Shown here one piece after another: positions 27,975 to 37,574 of a DNA stretch of 62,387 bases. Every line of letters starts with the position of its first letter. The stretch's first letter is position 1. Both the position numbers and the translations under genes were made by a program. The DNA is from Thermomicrobiales bacterium (lineage in GTDB: Bacteria > Chloroflexota > Chloroflexia > Thermomicrobiales > CFX8), in the NCBI GenBank assembly GCA_035513175.1, contig DATKCN010000294.1, positions 1 through 62,387 of the forward strand, read 5' to 3'. The notes under the pieces were generated by a model. It ran no database searches. It was not told the DNA's origin and saw only the letters and a program-made list of their open reading frames with translations.

Positions 27975-29852
27975 ATGGCTCATCCATTACTCGCGCGCCT
28001 GGGGGACGGCCCGGTGTTGTGTGATGGCGCCATGGGAACGCTGATACATGCCCGGGGAACGCCCATCGACGCCTGCTTCGATGAGTTGAACCTATCCTCA
28101 CGCGAAACGATCGTCGAGATCCATCGCGAGTACATCGCGGCCGGCGCCGACATAATCGAAACGAACACCTTCGGAGCCAATCGCTTCAAGCTCGCCGAGC
28201 ACCGCCTCGAGCACCGCGTGCGCGACATCAACTTTCTCGGCGCGAAGCTGGCTCGCGAGGCTCGCGAGCTGTCCGGCTCGCTCGTCCTCGTCGCCGGGTC
28301 GGTCGGCCCGACCGGCATGGCTCAGGCGCCGTTCGGTCTCATGGAGCCAAGTGCTGTGCGCGCAGCCTTCCGGGACCAGATCGGAGCCCTGCTTGAAGGC
28401 GGAGTTGATCTGCTCATCATCGAGACGATTGGCTCGCTGGCCGAGATGACGGAGGCCATCGGCGCCGCGCGCGAGGTGTGTGACTTGCCGATCATGGCGT
28501 CCATGACATTCGCGGATGACGGGCGATCGACGATGGGCCACTCGCCCCAGGAGGTCGTGAACGCACTGCTTGGCCTTGAAGTCGACGTCGTAGGCGTGAA
28601 TTGCAGCGTTGGACCGCGTGGGGTGCTGGATGTGCTGTCGAAGATGCGCGACGCCGCTCCATCAAGCGCGTTCCTGGCGGGCCAACCGAATGCGGGATGG
28701 CCCATGCAGGTCGGCGACCGCGTCATCTATCCTTCATCGACCGACTATTTCGGGACCTATGTCCGGGAGGCGCTCGACCTCGGCGTGCGCGTCGTCGGGG
28801 GCTGCTGTGGCACGACGCCGGATCACATCGCCGCGATGCGAGCCGCCATCGACAGTCATCGAAGCACTCGTTCGCGCCCGGCTCTGGTCTCTCAGCGCTC
28901 CCGCTCGATCGAGCTCATCCCCGCGGAAGAGCCGACGCAACTCTCCCGCAAGCTGGGCAGACAGTTCATCGTGGCAGTTGAGCTCGACCCTCCGCGCGGC
29001 TTGAACCCGTCCAAAATCGTTGCCGGCGCGCGGATGCTCAAGGAGGCGGGCGTCGACGCCGTCAACGTCGCAGACTCGCCGATGGCCCGCGTACGCATGG
29101 GCGCGCTGGCTTTGTGCTTCCTGGTGCAGACCGAGGTCGGGGTCGAGACCATCCTGCATTTCACAACGCGCGACCGCAACCTGATGGGCCTGCAATCCGA
29201 CCTGCTGGGGGCGCACGCGTTGGGCGTGCGCAACATTCTCGCCCTCACCGGCGATCCCCCCAGCCTCGGCGACTACCCGAACGCCACCGCCGTCTACGAC
29301 ATCGACTCGACCGGTCTGGCTGCGGTGCTAAGCTCAATGAACGCTGGCAACGACGCGGCCGGGGCTCCAATCGGGATGCAGGCGAGCTTCACAATCGCCG
29401 TCGCCGCCGACCCGACCCGCGCGGACCTCGCGGAAGAAGCGGACCGCATGCACCGCAAGGTGAGCGCCGGCGCGCACTTCGTCATGACGCAGCCGATCTA
29501 CGAGATGATTACCTGGCGCGCGTTCCTCGACGTGTACGAGCAACGACATGGGCCACTGTCCGTGCCGGTAATGCTTGGCATCCTGCCGCTCCATAGCCAC
29601 CGCCACACCGAATTCCTGTACAACGAAGTCCCCGGCATCCGTCCCACCGACACTATCCGCGAGCGCATGCGCCTGGCCGGCAGTCAGGGCAGGGTGGAAG
29701 GGATCCGGATTGCGCAGGAGCTGCTGCTGGAAGCTCGGGATGAAGTGCATGGTGTTTACATCATGCCCTCGTTCCAGCGCTATGAGTCAGCCGCCGAGGT
29801 CATGGATGTCGTGGGCGACCGGACGCTAACGGCGGCGTTGCCCGCAAATTAG
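27975..29852 (+). CDS. bifunctional homocysteine S-methyltransferase / 5,10-methylenetetrahydrofolate reductase (YitJ-like fusion)
   Basis: The N-terminal Hcy-binding domain has LCDGAMGT, ETNTFGAN and GGCCGTTP. The C-terminal MetF domain spans roughly residues 330-625. ATG at 27975 follows GGAAGGA. Confidence 0.85.
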   Translation: MAHPLLARLGDGPVLCDGAMGTLIHARGTPIDACFDELNLSSRETIVEIHREYIAAGADIIETNTFGANRFKLAEHRLEHRVRDINFLGAKLAREARELSGSLVLVAGSVGPTGMAQAPFGLMEPSAVRAAFRDQIGALLEGGVDLLIIETIGSLAEMTEAIGAAREVCDLPIMASMTFADDGRSTMGHSPQEVVNALLGLEVDVVGVNCSVGPRGVLDVLSKMRDAAPSSAFLAGQPNAGWPMQVGDRVIYPSSTDYFGTYVREALDLGVRVVGGCCGTTPDHIAAMRAAIDSHRSTRSRPALVSQRSRSIELIPAEEPTQLSRKLGRQFIVAVELDPPRGLNPSKIVAGARMLKEAGVDAVNVADSPMARVRMGALALCFLVQTEVGVETILHFTTRDRNLMGLQSDLLGAHALGVRNILALTGDPPSLGDYPNATAVYDIDSTGLAAVLSSMNAGNDAAGAPIGMQASFTIAVAADPTRADLAEEADRMHRKVSAGAHFVMTQPIYEMITWRAFLDVYEQRHGPLSVPVMLGILPLHSHRHTEFLYNEVPGIRPTDTIRERMRLAGSQGRVEGIRIAQELLLEARDEVHGVYIMPSFQRYESAAEVMDVVGDRTLTAALPAN

Positions 29853-29867
29853 GGCGGGTGCTATACT
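29838..29867 (+). promoter_or_regulatory. candidate sigma-70 type promoter for rplS (TTGCCC-N18-TATACT)
   Basis: The hexamers are read directly. They overlap the 3' end of the upstream gene, about 130 nt before the rplS ATG. Confidence 0.35.
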
Positions 29868-29998
29868 CCCATGATGCCCGCCGAACGCGGGACTTTCACT
29901 GTGTAGCTCGATTCTCCGGCGCGTGAACGACAATCTGATCATGTTGCCCAGCGACGCTCCTTGTCGTCGGCTGAGGTCGTGGATGAGGAAAGTGAATC

Positions 29999-30367
29999 AT
30001 GGTTGACACGATTCGAGAGTTGGAGAGCGTGCATCTTCGCAGCGACCTGCCTGACTTCGGTCCCGGCGACACCGTGCGCGCCCACGTCAAGGTCGTTGAG
30101 GGCAGCCGGGAGCGCCTGCAGGCGTTCGAGGGTGTCGTCATTCGCCGTCGTGGCGGCGGCATCAACGAGAACTTCACGATTCGCCGCATCGCGTCGCACA
30201 GCATCGGAGTCGAGCGCACGTTCCTGCTGCACTCCCCGCGCGTCGAGCGCATCGAAGTGCTGCGTCATGGCAAGGTGCGACGCGCCAAGCTGTACTACCT
30301 GCGCGGCCGGACCGGCAAGGCTGCGCGCATCCGCGAACGCCGTCGCCCGTCGGGCTCGGTGATGTAG
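29999..30367 (+). CDS. rplS: 50S ribosomal protein L19
   Basis: Full-length L19: [51 protein letters not shown]. Confidence 0.97.
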   Translation: MVDTIRELESVHLRSDLPDFGPGDTVRAHVKVVEGSRERLQAFEGVVIRRRGGGINENFTIRRIASHSIGVERTFLLHSPRVERIEVLRHGKVRRAKLYYLRGRTGKAARIRERRRPSGSVM

Positions 30368-30537
30368 CGCGTCCGTCCCGTTTCCAGACCAATCAGCGCG
30401 CGATGGGACAGGACCATCTGGCGCCATTTCGTGTCCGCCGGCTGGCAGACGGGCGCGGCCTGGCAATCGCCATGCGTGGCTAACATTGAACGTAGCCCAG
30501 GGCGTAGCGGAATGAAGACGCCGGATCGGAGGGCTCG

Positions 30538-30759
30538 ATGCAGAAGCGCCAGCATGACAAGTCTGCCGAATCCTTGTTGCGAGCACACGGGCACAAGCCG
30601 GAAGAGTTGTCAGAGCTGACCGGTGTTGGGGCCAACATCATCCGCCGCGCCTCATACGACGGCGATCTGGGGGCCACGATCGTCGAAACCGACATCGTCG
30701 ACATTCCGCGAGCCTTCCCGATCGCGTGGCTCAACGTGCGCTCCGAGGTGATTTCCTAG
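30538..30759 (+). CDS. small excisionase-family / MerR-like HTH protein (putative)
   Basis: 73 aa. The segment PEELSELTGVGANIIRRASYDGDLGATIV..DIPRAFPIAWL resembles the excisionase-type HTH pattern (helix-turn-helix, then 'G-L-P/A...I-P' wing). Coding status is uncertain. Confidence 0.4.
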   Translation: MQKRQHDKSAESLLRAHGHKPEELSELTGVGANIIRRASYDGDLGATIVETDIVDIPRAFPIAWLNVRSEVIS

Positions 30760-30923
30760 GAGACGCCGTCGTAACCCGTCGGGCCGGGTGGATCTCGGCA
30801 CGAGTGTTTTCGATAGATCACCTTACGGTTCGACGTCCGCTCCCGTATGCGATGATACCGACCGAACGAGTAGCGTCGATCCGTCGCGACGCGCCGCGGC
30901 GTCCGGCCACTGCGAGGCTGAGG

Positions 30924-31619
30924 ATGGTGAATCCGTCCATGTCTTCGATACGGAATCAATCCCCGAGCCTGCGATGGGAGAAGGACGCGTGGTCCGGCGG
31001 CAAGCTTCTGGTGGCCGGCGTCGACGAGGTTGGGCGCGGAGCATGGGCGGGTCCCATCGTCGCCGCAGCCGTCGCGCTTCCGGCAGACCCGGCGTTTCGA
31101 GCGCGCCTGACGCGCGCGTTGCGCCGTGCCGAAACGCCGATACGCGACTCCAAGCAGATGTCGCCGCAACAGCGGCGGCGCGCGGTAAGCGCAATTCAGG
31201 ACATCGGCATGCAGTTCGCCGTCGCGTCGATTCCGGCTAGTGACATCGACGTGGTGGGATTGGGGCTCGCGAACCGGCAGGTGCTGTGTGACGCGGTGCA
31301 GGCGCTGTCGCCCGAACCAGATCACGTGCTGGTGGACGCCTTTGCTCTGCCAAATCTCCGCTGCTCGCACGACGCGATCGTCCACGGCGATTCGATCAGC
31401 TTCGCGATCGCGCTTGCCTCCATCGTCGCAAAGGCGCATCGCGACTCGCTGATGATCGAACTCTGCGAGCGCTTTCCCGTGTACGGGTTCTCCGCGCACA
31501 AAGGGTACGGCACCGCCCAGCATCGGGCGGCACTTCTCACCCATGGGCCGCTCGAACACCACAGGCGTTCATTCCGGCCGGTCGCGGAGCTGGCGTGGCA
31601 TGCGGCGCACGACCGCTAG
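30924..31619 (+). CDS. rnhB: ribonuclease HII
   Basis: VAGVDEVGRGAWAGPIVAAAV (DEDD first motif), DSKQMS and the C-terminal HKGYGT motif. The start is chosen at ATG 30924 (GAGG upstream) within track ORF 30726. Confidence 0.9.
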   Translation: MVNPSMSSIRNQSPSLRWEKDAWSGGKLLVAGVDEVGRGAWAGPIVAAAVALPADPAFRARLTRALRRAETPIRDSKQMSPQQRRRAVSAIQDIGMQFAVASIPASDIDVVGLGLANRQVLCDAVQALSPEPDHVLVDAFALPNLRCSHDAIVHGDSISFAIALASIVAKAHRDSLMIELCERFPVYGFSAHKGYGTAQHRAALLTHGPLEHHRRSFRPVAELAWHAAHDR

Positions 31620-31971
31620 CATCGGGGTCGCGGGCGAAGCACGCGCCCGGCAGTCCCTGATCGATGCCGGGTACCGCATCGTCACGCAGAACTGGCGCGT
31701 TCGAGGAGGCGAGATCGACATCGTCGCGCTCGATGGGGACGCGCTTGTGTTCGTCGAGGTGCGGACCCGCGCACTCCGCGCGCCGGTTATTGCCGAGTCC
31801 ACGGTGGACGAGCGCAAGCTCGCGAGGATCATGCTGGCGGCCGACGCGTTCCTGCAAGCGCATGAGGACTATGTCGACCACGTCTGGCGCGTCGACCTCA
31901 TCGCGCTTACGATGGACGGCGCGGGTGTCGTGCGGGGCTACCGGCACTACCAGAATCTGACGCTGGAATGA
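31600..31971 (+). CDS. yraN: YraN-family (UPF0102) endonuclease-like protein
   Basis: [46 protein letters not shown] is the YraN signature. It overlaps the rnhB 3' end, and rnhB-yraN synteny is common. Confidence 0.8.
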   Translation: MRRTTASIGVAGEARARQSLIDAGYRIVTQNWRVRGGEIDIVALDGDALVFVEVRTRALRAPVIAESTVDERKLARIMLAADAFLQAHEDYVDHVWRVDLIALTMDGAGVVRGYRHYQNLTLE

Positions 31972-32147
31972 GCGACGGGGCGCGCGCGAGCCTCAGCACG
32001 GCGATTCTCTTTCGCGGGCGCGAATTGCACGGGCCGAGCCTGCTGCCGTCAAGAAGGATCGGCCATGATCGTCGTGCAACCTCCGCGCTCGCACCGACCC
32101 GCACACCTGTGTCGAATCGCGAACAAGCGGAACGAGGAGCCAGAAGC

Positions 32148-32657
32148 ATGAGCCAGTCAGCGCAGGAGCATCGCGATTCGGCGCCGGATTCGGTCGCGTG
32201 CGCTGTCATTACCGTCAGCGACACACGCACGCCGGAGACCGACGCGAGCGGCTCGATCATGCGTTCGACGCTCTTAGCCGCAGGGCATTCGGTCGTGGCG
32301 TACGAGATCGTGCGCGATGAGCCTGAGCTGATCCGCTCGGTGCTCAATCGGCACGCGAGCGACGTGACCTGCGACGCCGTGCTGTTCAACGGCGGAACCG
32401 GGATTGCTCGCCGCGACACCACCTTTGATACGCTGAGCGCCATGCTCGATCAGACGCTTCCCGGCTTCGGCGAACTGTTCCGCATGTTGTCGTTTGAGGA
32501 GATCGGACCGGCGGCGATGCTGTCGCGCGCGACTGCCGGCGTCTACCGTGGCAGGCTCGTCTTTTCTACCCCCGGCTCGTCGAATGCCGTCTCGCTCGCG
32601 ATGAACAAGCTCATCGTGCCCGAGATTGCCCACATCATCTTTGAGACGCGGAAGTAG
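32148..32657 (+). CDS. moaB: molybdenum cofactor biosynthesis protein B (MoaB/MogA-family)
   Basis: [30 protein letters not shown] and STPGSSNAV motifs are present. ATG at 32148 is preceded by GAGGAG. Confidence 0.85.
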   Translation: MSQSAQEHRDSAPDSVACAVITVSDTRTPETDASGSIMRSTLLAAGHSVVAYEIVRDEPELIRSVLNRHASDVTCDAVLFNGGTGIARRDTTFDTLSAMLDQTLPGFGELFRMLSFEEIGPAAMLSRATAGVYRGRLVFSTPGSSNAVSLAMNKLIVPEIAHIIFETRK

Positions 32658-32762
32658 ATGGCGCCACGCGGCCAGGCGCTCCGCGGGGCGGATCGCCTTT
32701 AGTATCATGCCGCGTGTCGGTGGCATCAGCGGCGCGGCCGAGCGAAGGGTATTGTCCCGCTC

Positions 32763-34163
32763 GTGAACAGAGATGATATGACGACGCTACAGCCCATGTC
32801 GACCCGGCAGCCCCGCCGTCAGGCGCAGATTCTGAAGGGCATGCGCGACTTCCTGCCCGAGCGCATGATTCCCCGCCAGCACGTTATCGCGACCCTGCGC
32901 GACGTGTTCGAGCTCCACGGCTTTGAGCCGATCGACACTCCTTCACTGGAGTACTACGAGACGTTGGCCGGAAAGTACGGCGAAGATGAGAAGCTGATTT
33001 ACCACTTCGCCGACCACGGCGGCCGTGAGATCGGTCTACGCTACGATCTCACGGTGCCGCTCGCGCGTTTCATCGCCGTGCACCGCAATGAGTTGACATT
33101 TCCGTTCAAGCGCTACCACATCGGCCCGGTCTGGCGCGCTGACCGCCCGCAGAAGGGACGCTATCGAGAGTTCTGGCAATGTGATGCTGACATCGTCGGA
33201 ACGACCTCGATGCTGGCGGACGCCGACATCGTCTCGATCGTTATCGAGGCGCTGCAGGCCATCCGAATGCCCAACTTTGTCGTGCACATCAACCATCGTA
33301 AGCTGCTCGAATCGGTCGCGCTGTACGCGGGCGTATCCGCGGATCGGGCCGGCTACGTCTACCGGGCAATTGACAAGCTATCGAAGATCGGGCCGTCCGG
33401 CGTTGCCGGCGAACTGGTCTCCGCGGGCGTCGAAGCGGCGACCGCGTCGCGCATCGTCGACCTTGTTTCGACGTCCGGACCACCGGACGAGGTGCTGTCG
33501 TTGGTTGCCCGGCGTCTCGAGGGCAACGCGCTCGCCGCGGAGGCCCTCGCAGACCTCGACAGCCTGTTCAACTACCTGGCCGCGCTGAACGCCGATCCAC
33601 GGCACTATGTCTTCGACCTCGCGCTGGCTCGCGGGCTGGAGTACTACACTGGTCCGGTTTTCGAGACGACCGTCGACGAGCCGAAGATCGGGTCGTTAGG
33701 CGGCGCGGGTCGCTACGACGGCCTGGTCGGCATGTTTTCCGGACAGGACATACCGGCGACCGGCATGTCGCTGGGGCTCGAACGCATCATTGATGTCGCC
33801 GAGGAACTCGGCCTGCTTGACCTGAGCTCGTCGGTTTCCGATGTGCTGATTACCGTGTTCGATCGTGAGCACGCCGCCCCGTCGCTGAGCGTCGCGTCAG
33901 AGTTGCGATCGGCCGGCGTTCGCGCGGAGGTGTTCCTGGAGGACGGACGCGATCTGAGTCGCCAGCTCCGATTCGCGAGCAAACGCGGCATCCCGTTCGC
34001 CATCGTTATCGGGCCGGACGAACTGGAGCGCGGGGTCGTGTCAGTTCGGGACATGACCACCGGGCAGCAATCGGAAGTCGCGCGCGACGGCGCCGCTCAA
34101 TACCTGCTGTCTCACGTCCGGCAGCCAAATTTGACATCGAATTCAAAGGACGCCAAACCCTAA
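32763..34163 (+). CDS. hisS: histidyl-tRNA synthetase
   Basis: GMRDFLP, LRYDLTVPLAR, FKRYHIGPVWRADRPQKGRYREFWQCD, GGGRYD and the anticodon-binding C-terminus are present. Confidence 0.95.
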   Translation: MNRDDMTTLQPMSTRQPRRQAQILKGMRDFLPERMIPRQHVIATLRDVFELHGFEPIDTPSLEYYETLAGKYGEDEKLIYHFADHGGREIGLRYDLTVPLARFIAVHRNELTFPFKRYHIGPVWRADRPQKGRYREFWQCDADIVGTTSMLADADIVSIVIEALQAIRMPNFVVHINHRKLLESVALYAGVSADRAGYVYRAIDKLSKIGPSGVAGELVSAGVEAATASRIVDLVSTSGPPDEVLSLVARRLEGNALAAEALADLDSLFNYLAALNADPRHYVFDLALARGLEYYTGPVFETTVDEPKIGSLGGAGRYDGLVGMFSGQDIPATGMSLGLERIIDVAEELGLLDLSSSVSDVLITVFDREHAAPSLSVASELRSAGVRAEVFLEDGRDLSRQLRFASKRGIPFAIVIGPDELERGVVSVRDMTTGQQSEVARDGAAQYLLSHVRQPNLTSNSKDAKP

Positions 34164-34184
34164 CACCGCCAGTTGGCGTCCTTT
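34145..34184. terminator. bidirectional hairpin between convergent hisS and the GT4 gene
   Basis: A perfect 12-bp stem AAAGGACGCCAA / TTGGCGTCCTTT has a 16-nt loop containing the hisS TAA. TTT..TTT follows on the + strand. Confidence 0.5.
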
Positions 34185-34214
34185 GATTTCGGGCTTGCAT
34201 ACAGGCATCCTGAG

Positions 34215-35456
34215 TCAAGACTTCGCCGCTCGTGTCGTCGTCGACCGTGCCCGCTTGCCGGACGAGCGCCTTCGCTCGACGACGGAACTGTAGACACACT
34301 CCAGGTCGATGACGCGGTCGTCCCAGTTGAAATTTTCCACAATGCGCTGCCGGAGCGCCGAGCGCTCGCAGTCACCGTCGGCCAGTGCGCGCTCAATGCC
34401 CGACGCAAGCTCCCCAGGGTCTGGCGCGACCAGGTGGCCAAGCTCACCAAGAATCGCTCGATTCGTGTCGTTGTCGATCGCGACTACCGGAAGACCCATC
34501 GCCATATAGTTGAACAGCTTGCCATTGCTTTCCGTCAGTGACTGCTTCGGAGCGACGGCGACATCGCCCGCGGTGAGCAGCTCGGGCGCGTCCTCATACG
34601 GAACCCGACCCGGGAACAGCACCCGGCCGCTGACCGGCATGCCCGCCGCCTTCGCCGCGTACGCGTCGGCGCCAGGATAGCCTGCGATCACGACGTACAC
34701 GTCTGTCCGGCGGCGCAGCAGCTCGCGTGCCGCGTCGATCAGCAGCGACGTCCCCTGATACTCGGCAAGCAGGCCGAGATAGACGACCACCGGAGCGTGG
34801 ACTGGAATGCCCAACCGCTCTCGCACGACTGCGCGCGATCCGCGCAGGCGCGCCGGATCAAAGCGGTGGGTGTTGACGCCATCGAGGATCAGGTTGACCT
34901 TCGCCTCGTCGACGCCGGACCGAATGAGATGTCGTTCCGCCGCGATGCCGCTCGGCACGATCGCGTCGGGCAGCCGGTCTATGCGGCGTTCGAGGAAGCG
35001 GAAGACGCGCTCCCGCTTTCCGCGCTGGCGGATGAATCCGTGATCGAGCATCTCCTCGGTGAGAGATCCCTGATAGTCGAACACGAGCGGCTTTCGGAGC
35101 AGCCGAGCGACGACGCTGCCGATCAATGCCCCCTCATGCAAGTGCCCGTGGATGACATCCGGACGAAAGGCCAGAGCCTGCCGCGCTGTTTCGACACATA
35201 GTGCGACGTCGAGGTACGCCTTGTGCCGCGATGACCCGACCTCGGCGCGTTTCAGCCACGGGATGTCTACTGAGCGGCGAATCTCAACTCCGGCGACATC
35301 CGAGCCGTTGTGGTACGTGCATACCCGCACCATGTGGCCCCGCTCTGTCAGCGCCCGCGCCTCTTCGAGAATTCGCACGTGACAGCCGTAGTCCGCGAAG
35401 AACGAGGTCGGCGCGACCATCAGGATCCGCAGCGGGTTCATCGTTTCCGACCTCAT
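34215..35456 (-). CDS. GT4-family (GT-B fold) glycosyltransferase
   Basis: RILMVAPTSFF N-terminus and the C-terminal EX7E-like region ESNGKLFNYMAMGLPVVA. The start may be ATG 35441. Confidence 0.8.
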   Translation of the reverse strand: MRSETMNPLRILMVAPTSFFADYGCHVRILEEARALTERGHMVRVCTYHNGSDVAGVEIRRSVDIPWLKRAEVGSSRHKAYLDVALCVETARQALAFRPDVIHGHLHEGALIGSVVARLLRKPLVFDYQGSLTEEMLDHGFIRQRGKRERVFRFLERRIDRLPDAIVPSGIAAERHLIRSGVDEAKVNLILDGVNTHRFDPARLRGSRAVVRERLGIPVHAPVVVYLGLLAEYQGTSLLIDAARELLRRRTDVYVVIAGYPGADAYAAKAAGMPVSGRVLFPGRVPYEDAPELLTAGDVAVAPKQSLTESNGKLFNYMAMGLPVVAIDNDTNRAILGELGHLVAPDPGELASGIERALADGDCERSALRQRIVENFNWDDRVIDLECVYSSVVERRRSSGKRARSTTTRAAKS

Positions 35457-35606
35457 CGTCCCTCCCTCGGGACGCCATTCTAGCGAATCGCGAGCCCCAG
35501 CGAACGTAGTGCCCCGCGCGCGTCTTGACGCGACAGGCTTACTCGTGAATAGTGGCGCGCGGACAATGCACGGTGAAATACGTCACGAGGGGGGAAGCGC
35601 CGACTC

Positions 35607-36338
35607 ATGTCAACAGGAACCTCGGGCCAAGCGGCCGAAGCGCCAGCGGAGAGCGCGCTGAACCGCGTCATGGTCGTCGTCGCTCATCCGGACGACGCTG
35701 AGTTTTCGTGCGCGGGCACGGTCGCGAAGTTCGCGCGCGAGGGTAAACACGTTGTCTTCGTGATATGCACCTCAGGCGATAAGGGAACTGCTCGCCGCGA
35801 CATCAGCTCCCCTGAGCTGGCCGTGACGAGGGAGAAGGAGCAGTTGGAAGCCAGCAAGCGTCTTGGCGTGGCCGAGACCGTGTTCCTTCGTCTTGGAGAC
35901 GGAGAACTGACGCCCGATCTGAGCTTCCGTGAGAAGATCGTGCGCGAAATCCGGCGCCATCGCCCGGACGTTCTCATAACTCACGACCCGTTCCGTCCGT
36001 ATGCCCTGCACCCCGACCACCGGGCCGTCGGGATCACCGCCGTCGACTCCGTATACCCAACCGCGCGTGATCCACTGTATTTCCCCCAACATCTGGCCGC
36101 AGGGCTGGAACCGCACAAGGTTGCCGAACTCTGGATGTACGGCTCAGAGACTCCCGACACATTCATCGACATCAGCTCGACCTTTGCCGACAAGATTCAC
36201 GCGTTGAAGGCGCATGCCAGCCAGGTTGGGACCGGCGAGACGCTGGAAGCCCGCATGCGTGAGCGTGCCGCCGAAGTTGGGCTCGAGCACGGACTGGAGA
36301 TGGCGGAAGCCTTCAAGGTGGTAAAGATGCGGCGCTGA
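35607..36338 (+). CDS. PIG-L/LmbE-family N-acetylglucosaminyl deacetylase
   Basis: VVVAHPDDAEF zinc motif, HPDH motif (LHPDHRAVG) and the typical length of 243 aa. Confidence 0.85.
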   Translation: MSTGTSGQAAEAPAESALNRVMVVVAHPDDAEFSCAGTVAKFAREGKHVVFVICTSGDKGTARRDISSPELAVTREKEQLEASKRLGVAETVFLRLGDGELTPDLSFREKIVREIRRHRPDVLITHDPFRPYALHPDHRAVGITAVDSVYPTARDPLYFPQHLAAGLEPHKVAELWMYGSETPDTFIDISSTFADKIHALKAHASQVGTGETLEARMRERAAEVGLEHGLEMAEAFKVVKMRR

Positions 36339-36380
36339 CGAATGGCGTGAACCGGCGGACCGCGCGCATGGGAGGGCACA

Positions 36381-37574
36381 GTGGACGCAAACATCGTCAG
36401 CGAGAAAATCGCACAGGCGACCGAAATCCTTAACGAAGAAGGCGTCGACGTCTGGATGTTGATGGGACGCGAAACGGATATCCTCGGCGATCCAAGCCTG
36501 CCGCTGGTCGTCGGCACGAGCGTCACCTGGGAGTCCGCGTTCATCATCGCCCGCGACGGCGACCACGTGGCCATCGTCGGGACCGGGGACGTGGAAAACA
36601 TCCGGCAGACCGGCGCGTGGCAGAACGTGATCGGGTACGTCGAGGGCATCAGCGCGCCGTTGAACGCTGAGCTATCGAAACGTGACCCGAACGCGATCGC
36701 CCTCAATTACTCACGCGACAACAGCATGGCTGACGGGCTGACCCACGGCATGTATCTCCTGCTGCAGGATCAATTACAAGGATCGCCATACGGCCAGCGA
36801 ATCCAGTCAGCGGGCGAGATACCGACCAAGGTGCGCGCGCGAAAGTCTCAGACGGAGATCACGCTCATCCGCGAGGCAGTACGCGCGACCGAACGCATCT
36901 GGGAAGCAACGCGGTCGTGGTTGCGGCCGGGGCTGAGCGAGCGTGAAATCAGCCGCTTCATGCACGATCAACTGGAGGAGCGCAGGATCGGGTCCTCATG
37001 GGATTGGACGTACTGTCCGGGCGTAACGGCCGGTCCCGACTCGCCGCGCGGACACGTCGGACCGACCGACATCGTGACGAAGGCCGGTGAGCTGATCACG
37101 ATCGACTTTGGCGTTCGGCAAGACGAATACACGTCCGACATGCAACGCACCTACTACTTTGCCAGGCCTGGGGAGACGGAAGCTCCTGAGATCGTCAAGC
37201 GCTACTTCGCGATCGTCGATCGCTGCATTCAGGACGCCGCGGCGTTCATCAGACCCGGCGTCATGGGCTGGGAGGTCGATGACGTCGCCCGCCGTATCTT
37301 CGCCGAAGAAGACCTTGAGGAGTGGCAGTACGCGCTCGGTCACCAGATGGGCCGCGCGTGTCACGACGGCGGGACCGTGCTCAGTCCCCGCTGGGAACGC
37401 TACGGCCAACGCCCATACGGCAAGCTCGAAGAACATGAGGTCTACACGCTGGAGATCGGCTGTCTCGTCCCGGGCTACGGCTACGTCAGCCAGGAGGAGG
37501 ACATCGTCGTCACCGGGAACGGTTGCGAGTTCCTCGCTCCACCGCAGCGCGACGTGATCGTGATTCCGTCGTGA
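36381..37574 (+). CDS. M24-family metallopeptidase (Xaa-Pro aminopeptidase/creatinase-like)
   Basis: A creatinase-like N-domain is followed by the pita-bread fold, with DFG..YTSDMQRT, HQMG and TLEIG...EEDIVVT metal-ligand contexts. Confidence 0.85.
   Translation: MDANIVSEKIAQATEILNEEGVDVWMLMGRETDILGDPSLPLVVGTSVTWESAFIIARDGDHVAIVGTGDVENIRQTGAWQNVIGYVEGISAPLNAELSKRDPNAIALNYSRDNSMADGLTHGMYLLLQDQLQGSPYGQRIQSAGEIPTKVRARKSQTEITLIREAVRATERIWEATRSWLRPGLSEREISRFMHDQLEERRIGSSWDWTYCPGVTAGPDSPRGHVGPTDIVTKAGELITIDFGVRQDEYTSDMQRTYYFARPGETEAPEIVKRYFAIVDRCIQDAAAFIRPGVMGWEVDDVARRIFAEEDLEEWQYALGHQMGRACHDGGTVLSPRWERYGQRPYGKLEEHEVYTLEIGCLVPGYGYVSQEEDIVVTGNGCEFLAPPQRDVIVIPS

Noticed and set aside
29853-29998. 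An L19-leader-type autoregulatory RNA upstream of rplS. A GGCGGG/CCCGCC hairpin lies at 29853-29882.
   Set aside because: I cannot match it to the Firmicute L19 leader from memory. The hairpin loop contains the candidate -10 box and no U-tract follows. It is left as a promoter call only.
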